From an uncultured Marinobacter sp. (lineage in GTDB: Bacteria > Pseudomonadota > Gammaproteobacteria > Pseudomonadales > Oleiphilaceae): a stretch of DNA of 34,585 nt. The notes beneath the pieces are model-generated. The model saw only the letters and a list, made by a program, of their open reading frames with translations. It did not search any database and was not told the DNA's origin. The stretch lies in contig CAZFPG010000001.1 in the NCBI GenBank assembly GCA_964521055.1, forward strand, positions 1 to 34,585, given 5' to 3'. Shown piece by piece: positions 26,612-32,699 of this stretch. Both the position numbers and the translations under genes were made by a program. Every line of letters starts with the position of its first letter. The first letter of the stretch is position 1.

Positions 26612-27930
26612 GCAGTATGACATTGGGGCTTTCCGCCCTTGGCCTCACCCTGTTGATGCTCGTCCTTCGCATCCATATCGGCGTTGCCATGCTCGCCGGT
26701 GGCGCATTGTGCTACTGGATCGTCCACAATGGCGATATCAACTCACTACTGTTCACCCTGAACAACCTGGCCTATTCGCGCCTTTCCAACTACGACCTGG
26801 CGGTGATTCCACTGTTCGTACTGATGGGGCAGTTCGCAACCCATGGCGGCCTGTCGCGGGCCATTTTCCGATGTGCGGCGGCCTATACGGGCAGGGTACG
26901 GGGAGGTCTGGGCATGTCCGCCCTCGCGGCCTGCGCCGGGTTTGGCGCCATTTGCGGATCGTCCCTGGCCACGGCCGCCACCATGTCAAAGGTCGCCCTG
27001 CCCGAGTTACGCCGGTATGGGTACCCCGCCAACCTTGCCTCGGCAACCATCGCGGCGGGTGGCACACTCGGCATACTGATACCGCCGTCCGTCCCGCTCA
27101 TCGTGTACGCTGTCCTCACCCAGGAGTCCATCGCAAAGCTTTTCGTGGCGGCGGTGATTCCCGGTATTATCGCGGCCATTGGCTACATGGTGGTTTTGCG
27201 CATCCTGGTTTCAAGGGAAAGCAGTGTCCAGAACAGCCCGGTGGACGTATCCATCGAGGAAAAGCTCAGGGCAATCTGGTCTATCATTCCCGTGGCCTTT
27301 GTATTCCTTGTGGTTATCGTCGGTATCTACGCCGGATGGGCCAACCCCACCGAAGCCGCTTCCATCGGCGCCGCGGCCTGTGGCCTGCTGGCATTTTTCC
27401 AGGGCGGCCTCCGCGGGAGCGGCCTCAAATCGAGCCTGATGGGAACCGCGCAAACCACGGCGATGATTTTCCTCGTCCTGCTGGGGGCTGACTTACTCAA
27501 TTCAGGGCTTGCGCTGTCACGCATGCCCGTTGAACTGACATCCTGGGTTGTGGAGTCGGGACTTCCCCCGCTTTTCGTGGTTGCCGTGATTCTGGTGCTT
27601 TACCTGATCCTAGGCTGTTTCATGGACTCCCTGGCCATGATTCTCCTCACCATCCCGATTTTCTATCCGGTCATCATGGAACTGGAAATTCTTGGCCTTG
27701 GCCCCTCGGAGAAGTCCATCTGGTTTGGCATCCTTGCCCTCATGGTCGTTGAGATAGGACTGATTACACCGCCCCTGGGGATGAACCTGTTCATCGTCCA
27801 ACGAGCCGTCAGGGACGTGTCATTGATTGATATCTCAAGGCGAATTGTGCCCTTCCTGGTGTCGGATATCGCACGCATTATCCTCCTGTTCCTATTCCCC
27901 GGCATCAGCCTGGTACTTCTCAACCTCTGA
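26608..27930 (+). CDS. dctM: TRAP transporter large permease
   Basis: IPLFVLMG, GAICGSSLATAATM, GGTLGILIPPS, EIGLITPPLGMNLF. ATGA overlap with dctQ. Confidence 0.93.
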   Translation: MSSMTLGLSALGLTLLMLVLRIHIGVAMLAGGALCYWIVHNGDINSLLFTLNNLAYSRLSNYDLAVIPLFVLMGQFATHGGLSRAIFRCAAAYTGRVRGGLGMSALAACAGFGAICGSSLATAATMSKVALPELRRYGYPANLASATIAAGGTLGILIPPSVPLIVYAVLTQESIAKLFVAAVIPGIIAAIGYMVVLRILVSRESSVQNSPVDVSIEEKLRAIWSIIPVAFVFLVVIVGIYAGWANPTEAASIGAAACGLLAFFQGGLRGSGLKSSLMGTAQTTAMIFLVLLGADLLNSGLALSRMPVELTSWVVESGLPPLFVVAVILVLYLILGCFMDSLAMILLTIPIFYPVIMELEILGLGPSEKSIWFGILALMVVEIGLITPPLGMNLFIVQRAVRDVSLIDISRRIVPFLVSDIARIILLFLFPGISLVLLNL

Positions 27931-27966
27931 CCCAATCCGCACGGGCAGCAATCCACTTTGGGCCCA

Positions 27967-28004
27967 TGGCATGGATATACAAGTGGCGGACAATTCTATA
28001 CAAG
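27967..28004 (+). promoter_or_regulatory. Tandem FeaR-type sites upstream of the APC permease
   Basis: TGGCA-N8-CAAG (27967-27983) and GGACA-N8-CAAG (27988-28004), 21-bp period. Confidence 0.6.
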
Positions 28005-28110
28005 AAAACACCTACGCATGCCGTCAAAGTAGACTTATCCATCGCAGCTTCGCGGTGCATGCAATCTGACACAAGGCGCCTTTAATGGCTGCCGGATCGG
28101 GAGAAAGGCT

Positions 28111-29520
28111 ATGAGCATAACGAACGTATCAGGCGATCCAAAGGAGGGGACCGCCGTGGGCGAGGGAACAAAAACCCAGGGTAAAAAACTCGGTTTCATG
28201 ACCATGCTGGCCATCTGTATAGGCCTGGTTATTGTGCAGGGTTCCATGATTACCGCCACCCAGGGCATAGGGCTTGGTGGTACGGCATTCATCGCCGCCA
28301 TGGTTACCGCGTATATTCTGGCGCAATGCAATGCCTTCACTTTTTCGGAACTGTCGCTGATGTTCCCCCAGGAAGGAACACTCGCGACCTACACCCAAAA
28401 GGCCATCGGCCATTTCCCGGCCATTATCTCCGTCTTTTCTGGCTATGTGGTTGTCGCCATGCTGGCGATACCGGTGGAAATGTTCCTGGTAGACGCCATC
28501 ATCGGCGAATTGCTGCCCGGCGTCTTCCCGCAGTATGTGATCCCATTTGGCATACTGGCGTTCTTTGCGTTCACCAACTACCTCGGCGCCGACGTGTTTG
28601 CCGGCGCCCAGAACATCCTTGCGTTCATTCTGGTGGTCGCACTCGTCCTGCTTGGCCTGAGCGCCGTGACCGGTGCTGTTGAACCGCATCCCGTCGTAAG
28701 CGGACCAACCATCGACTGGAGTTTTGGCGGTGTACTGGATGGCAGCTTTCTCGGGATGGTCGCCATGGCAATGTGGCTGATGGTGGGCGTTGAATTCATC
28801 TGCCCGATGATCAACGAAGTGAAAGATCCGGAAAAGAACATTCCCCGGGCCATGAGCCTGTCGCTGACGGCCATGCTTGCCATATTCCTGGTTTTCGTGT
28901 CCGGTGTGGGCTTCTATATGAACACCGACACCATCCTTTCCTCCCCCATTCCCTACCTCGACTATGCCAATGCCGTCTTTGGTCAGGGAGGGCTGATCGT
29001 CGCAGCCATCATGGCGGTTGCAGCCACCTGCAGCACAGTCAACACGGTACTGGCCGGCGTTCCGCGGATGCTGCATGGCATGGCGGAAAACAGGCAGGCC
29101 TTTCCGCAGCTGAAAATTGTCAGCAAGAAATACGGCACTCCCTGGGTCGGCATTGTGTTCATGGTGGTCATTATTGCCATTCCCGTGGTGCTGATGGGCA
29201 TTGACGACCTGATCACCCTGGTTATCGCCGCATCCACGAGCTGGCTTCTGGCCTACGTCGTCTCCCACATTGATGTCCTTGTTCTGCGCCGCACCATGCC
29301 GAACCTCAGGCGCCCCTACAAAACCCCGTTCTATCCGCTCCCGCAGATCATAGGCATTGTGGGCATGACGTATGTGGCCTTTAACAACTCACCGTCCCCC
29401 GAAATGACAGCCCTGGTCTACAAGATTACCGGCGGCATCCTGCTGGTTATCAGCATCATCGCTGCGCTTTGGGTGAAGTTCTACATGAAACGCGGCCTGT
29501 TTGAGGCGGACCTTTCCTGA
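28111..29520 (+). CDS. APC-family amino acid/amine permease (candidate aromatic-amine transporter)
   Basis: 469 aa with about 12 TM segments: FSELSLMFP, VGVEFICPMINEVKDPEKNIPRAM, PRMLHGMA, RPYKTPFYP. Confidence 0.9.
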   Translation: MSITNVSGDPKEGTAVGEGTKTQGKKLGFMTMLAICIGLVIVQGSMITATQGIGLGGTAFIAAMVTAYILAQCNAFTFSELSLMFPQEGTLATYTQKAIGHFPAIISVFSGYVVVAMLAIPVEMFLVDAIIGELLPGVFPQYVIPFGILAFFAFTNYLGADVFAGAQNILAFILVVALVLLGLSAVTGAVEPHPVVSGPTIDWSFGGVLDGSFLGMVAMAMWLMVGVEFICPMINEVKDPEKNIPRAMSLSLTAMLAIFLVFVSGVGFYMNTDTILSSPIPYLDYANAVFGQGGLIVAAIMAVAATCSTVNTVLAGVPRMLHGMAENRQAFPQLKIVSKKYGTPWVGIVFMVVIIAIPVVLMGIDDLITLVIAASTSWLLAYVVSHIDVLVLRRTMPNLRRPYKTPFYPLPQIIGIVGMTYVAFNNSPSPEMTALVYKITGGILLVISIIAALWVKFYMKRGLFEADLS

Positions 29521-29553
29521 AACCAGGCTCGTTAATCCAGTTGTCTCCGCCTC

Positions 29554-29585
29554 GCCCGGGCCCTTTGCAGTTCCCGGGTTTTTTT
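29554..29585 (+). terminator. Rho-independent terminator after the APC permease
   Basis: GCCCGGG...CCCGGG stem followed by T7 (29579-29585). Confidence 0.7.
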
Positions 29586-29609
29586 GGCCAGAGGCAGTTG
29601 TTCATGTTC

Positions 29610-29654
29610 AACCTGCTGGCACTGAATGCGGCCATAGAAGCTGCCCGGACAGGC
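29610..29654 (+). pseudogene. 15-codon remnant of a methyl-accepting chemotaxis gene
   Basis: Reads [15 protein letters not shown], the conserved chemoreceptor hairpin tip, with no flanking MCP sequence. Confidence 0.75.
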
Positions 29655-29664
29655 GCCATTCCCA

Positions 29665-30609
29665 CTATATCCCAAGCGCCTCTGTTCGATACTCTCTTGG
29701 TGAGTGTTGAAACTCTTTCTTGAAAGAACGACTGAAATGCGCTGAGTCGGAGAATCCCCACCGATAGGCAATAGACGTGATGGTTTCGTGCTTGAATCGG
29801 GGGTTGGCCAGGTCGTTTGCACTTTTCCTCAAACGCGACCGTTGAATGTAGCGGCAGACACTGTCTCCGTCCTCCTCAAACAGTCGATACAGGTGCCTGA
29901 CCGATATCTCAAGCTTGTCCGCCAACATGGCCGGTGAGAGCCTGGGCGAAGCAAGGGACTCCTCAATCAACCGCTCCGTGTACCTTCTCAGACTGGTACC
30001 CGTAAGCCCGTCCACACTCAGGCCGTTATTCACTTCCGCGGTCAACGACGGCCCGAGAAGTGACGTGCATGCCGCAACAATCGCATCCTGCTCATCATCA
30101 GACCGCTCTCCGGATCGGATGTTATTGCACAGTTCATCAAACATTGAATGCAAAATCCGACCACTTGCGCAGTGCAGGGACACCTTGCCAAACAACGCCC
30201 CCCTGCTCAATCGTTCGTGGATAGCTTTGCGCGGCAGGTGCAGGGACGCATGCTCCATCAGACCATGGGGCCTGATCCTGCACGAGCCAACCGAATCCAT
30301 AAGCACGACATCGCCCGGCGACAGCTCGATATCGATGCCATTCTGAGTAATGGTTGAAGCCCCCCGCCTCTGGCTGACCAGAAAACAGTACCTATCATCG
30401 ACCATGTCACCGGACCTGTACTCCCGGGAAATACACCCCGCATTGGTCCTCATGTGCGCCAGTGTTAAACCAGCCTTCTCGCACGCCGAGACATCCCCGA
30501 TAAACAGCGAGTCGTTGCCGGTTGGCTCCGTCCTGAATGGGCCGCACACATCCCTGATCGTGCTACTCCAACGTTCCAGATTGGAGGAAGACTGATCTGC
30601 CAGTTGCAT
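29665..30609 (-). CDS. feaR: FeaR-type AraC activator of aromatic amine/aldehyde catabolism
   Basis: Start moved to MQLADQ (GGAGG RBS), giving 314 aa. Motifs VCGPFRTEP...FIGDV, DDRYCFLVSQRRG, ISVRHLYRLFEEDGDSVCRYIQRSRL, WGFSDSAHFSRSFK. Confidence 0.85.
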   Translation of the reverse strand: MQLADQSSSNLERWSSTIRDVCGPFRTEPTGNDSLFIGDVSACEKAGLTLAHMRTNAGCISREYRSGDMVDDRYCFLVSQRRGASTITQNGIDIELSPGDVVLMDSVGSCRIRPHGLMEHASLHLPRKAIHERLSRGALFGKVSLHCASGRILHSMFDELCNNIRSGERSDDEQDAIVAACTSLLGPSLTAEVNNGLSVDGLTGTSLRRYTERLIEESLASPRLSPAMLADKLEISVRHLYRLFEEDGDSVCRYIQRSRLRKSANDLANPRFKHETITSIAYRWGFSDSAHFSRSFKKEFQHSPREYRTEALGI

Positions 30610-30637
30610 AGTAAAACCTCCTGGTGCGCTTAAACTC

Positions 30638-30651
30638 GTTAACATGTTACC
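30638..30651. promoter_or_regulatory. HpaR-like operator in the feaR leader
   Basis: GTTAACATGTTACC, one mismatch to the TTAA-N4-TTAA core. Confidence 0.45.
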
Positions 30652-30685
30652 AAAATAAACACGAAACGCCCTTCCCGGGCATAGA

Positions 30686-30790
30686 TGCAGAATTCATGCC
30701 TTCATTGTTGACACTCCGAGTTGCCGGACATACGCCAACCTGCGCTCCATCCCCGCAACATAATGGACCAGGCCGCACCAACCAGGGGCC
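30686..30790 (-). promoter_or_regulatory. Putative sigma54 promoter of feaR with two NtrC-like enhancer sites
   Basis: Minus strand AGGCATGAATTCTGCA (30701-30686) has exact GG-N10-GC spacing. CGCAACA-taa-TGGACCA (30754-30770) and CGCACCA-acc-AGGGGCC (30774-30790) resemble TGCACCA-N3-TGGTGCA. Confidence 0.45.
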
Positions 30791-30876
30791 CATCAGGTCA
30801 CAGGCGGGTGGTAATGGCTGGGTAATTTGGTAACAGCCCGAGTTTATCCGGTGGCCTACCCCTCAAACGCGATGGC

Positions 30877-30915
30877 TGGCGGGGAAAAACAAAAGGGATG
30901 ACAGCTTCAAACAAG
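30877..30915 (+). promoter_or_regulatory. Tandem FeaR-type sites upstream of the outer-membrane channel gene
   Basis: TGGCG-N8-CAAA (30877-30893) and TGACA-N8-CAAG (30899-30915), 22-bp period. Confidence 0.55.
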
Positions 30916-31071
30916 TAATAAAAACGCTTAAGTGAGACTAATAGCTTGGTCGCTCCGATTAGAAGCCGGGTTCGCGTTTGCTCCCCTATGACCCGATTTC
31001 TGGACTGGAGGCAGTTCACTGATACGAACAAGTAACGAAAGCCACAGGCTTACATCTTCCAGGAGTTTTCC

Positions 31072-32391
31072 ATGACGAAAAGTCACTTGATACTCAAGAC
31101 ACTGAAAAGACCCGCCATCGTTTCCGCATTGGGGCTGGCGGTTATCGGCAACGCCGGCGCCTATGAGCTACACAGCACGGAAACCACCACCCTCAACGCT
31201 GAATTCCTCGGCGTTGCGGGCTATTTTGACAGCGACAAGAATTACCGCGGCGGTACTGATAGTGTTCAATGGACGGAAGCCTTTGCCAAGTATGGGCTGA
31301 ACGGCAACACTGTGTTATCCAATGGCCAATCAATCTTTGGCGCTATCAATGTGGTCAGCTCCGGCACCTGGGGGGACGGCGATGCCGCCGGCCTTACCGA
31401 CGGCTCTGAAAGGGAAACCGAGCTTGAAGACGCCTACGCGGGTTGGCGCTCGGGCGATCTTTTCCCGGCCCTCGGTACCGACGGTGTAGAAATCTCCGCT
31501 GGCCGCCAGGTGGTCAGTATCGGCGATGGCTTTATTGTGAACGACGATGGCCTGAACCTTGGCAACTCACTCGCCGGAGGCGAACTGAACCGCGGCGGCG
31601 CGTACTACCTTGCGGCGCGGCGGGCATTTGACCAGACCGCCGTTCTCAAGCTGGGTGGTTCCGAAGGCCTGGGCGCGGACTTCATGTGGTTCAAGTCTGA
31701 CAACAACGCACAGGCTTCCACCGAAATGGCCGCCACAACCCTGGGCTACTCCGCTCCCGAAGGCACCGTCGAGTTCTCCTACATCAAGGGCCTGGACGTT
31801 GACGAGGAATGGGCCAGCCCCGCACAGCTTGAACGCGATGGCATGGACATCTATAGCCTGCGGGCAACCGGCAATGCTGGCATCGAGAATGCCAATTTTG
31901 CTTTCGAATACGCCAACCAGGATACCGATTCCAACAACGAGCGCGCCTGGTATGTTGAAGGAGGTTACACCTTCAACGATGCAACCTGGTCGCCAAATGT
32001 GACCTATCGCTACACCCGTTATTCTGAAAACTGGGACAGCCTCTTTACCGGCTTCAGCCGCGGCTATGGTACCTGGTTCCAGGGCGAAGTGGCGGGCAAC
32101 TACGCTGGCCCGTTCAACAGCAACTCCGGCATCCACCACGCAGGCCTTACACTGTCACCCTCGGAAACGTTAACCCTGGGCGCCCTGGCTTTCCGGTTCG
32201 ATAATGTCGACGGCGACAGCACCGACGCGACAGAGCTGGACCTGTACGTGGACTGGGTTGCCCACGACCACTTGATCATCAGCCCGCTGGTTGGCTTCTA
32301 CAAGCCGGATAACAGTGTCGCGGAGGGTGGCACCCAGAACGATGATGACATGAACGTTTACGCCCAATTGGTGGCGGTTGTTCCGTTCTGA
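31072..32391 (+). CDS. Outer-membrane beta-barrel protein (porin/alginate-export-family-like), candidate amine channel
   Basis: Signal peptide ending AGA-YEL, acidic and Gly/aromatic-rich amphipathic strands, terminal Phe, CAGGAG RBS. Divergent from feaR. Confidence 0.75.
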   Translation: MTKSHLILKTLKRPAIVSALGLAVIGNAGAYELHSTETTTLNAEFLGVAGYFDSDKNYRGGTDSVQWTEAFAKYGLNGNTVLSNGQSIFGAINVVSSGTWGDGDAAGLTDGSERETELEDAYAGWRSGDLFPALGTDGVEISAGRQVVSIGDGFIVNDDGLNLGNSLAGGELNRGGAYYLAARRAFDQTAVLKLGGSEGLGADFMWFKSDNNAQASTEMAATTLGYSAPEGTVEFSYIKGLDVDEEWASPAQLERDGMDIYSLRATGNAGIENANFAFEYANQDTDSNNERAWYVEGGYTFNDATWSPNVTYRYTRYSENWDSLFTGFSRGYGTWFQGEVAGNYAGPFNSNSGIHHAGLTLSPSETLTLGALAFRFDNVDGDSTDATELDLYVDWVAHDHLIISPLVGFYKPDNSVAEGGTQNDDDMNVYAQLVAVVPF

Positions 32392-32568
32392 TAATACGTC
32401 ATCACACCTATTCGTTAACATCAAAACAAACCACTGCCAAAAATCGGCATCCAAGTTAACGGATAGGGGCATCGACACCGTCGAAGATCCTTCCATCTAT
32501 CCCCTGGTCGGCATGCGCTTCATGGACATGATCGCGCGGGGGCAGATGGATGAAGCCAACTCAACCAT

Positions 32569-32599
32569 GAAAAGTACAATCTCTTCTCTGGAAAAGGCC
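32569..32599 (+). promoter_or_regulatory. Direct repeat GAAAAG(T/G)(A/C)C, candidate HpaA-binding site
   Basis: GAAAAGTAC (32569-32577) and GAAAAGGCC (32591-32599), 22-bp period, about 100 bp upstream of the monooxygenase start. Confidence 0.35.
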
Positions 32600-32699
32600 T
32601 GTGACCTGCGTGAGTCGTGAGTGATCATAGAAAAATCGGGCGGTTAAATGGCACTCGTACCTCGACCGGTCCGCGCAAACAATCATAAGGAGAAGCATC

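Noticed and set aside
29541-29723. 60-aa ORF as a functional mini-chemoreceptor
   Set aside because: It starts at TTG without an RBS, spans a terminator and overlaps the feaR 3' end. Only 15 codons are MCP-like.
32413-32460. GTTAAC half-sites upstream of the monooxygenase as HpaR operators
   Set aside because: Neither forms a TTAA-N4-TTAA palindrome (CGTTAACATCAAAAC has a broken right arm).
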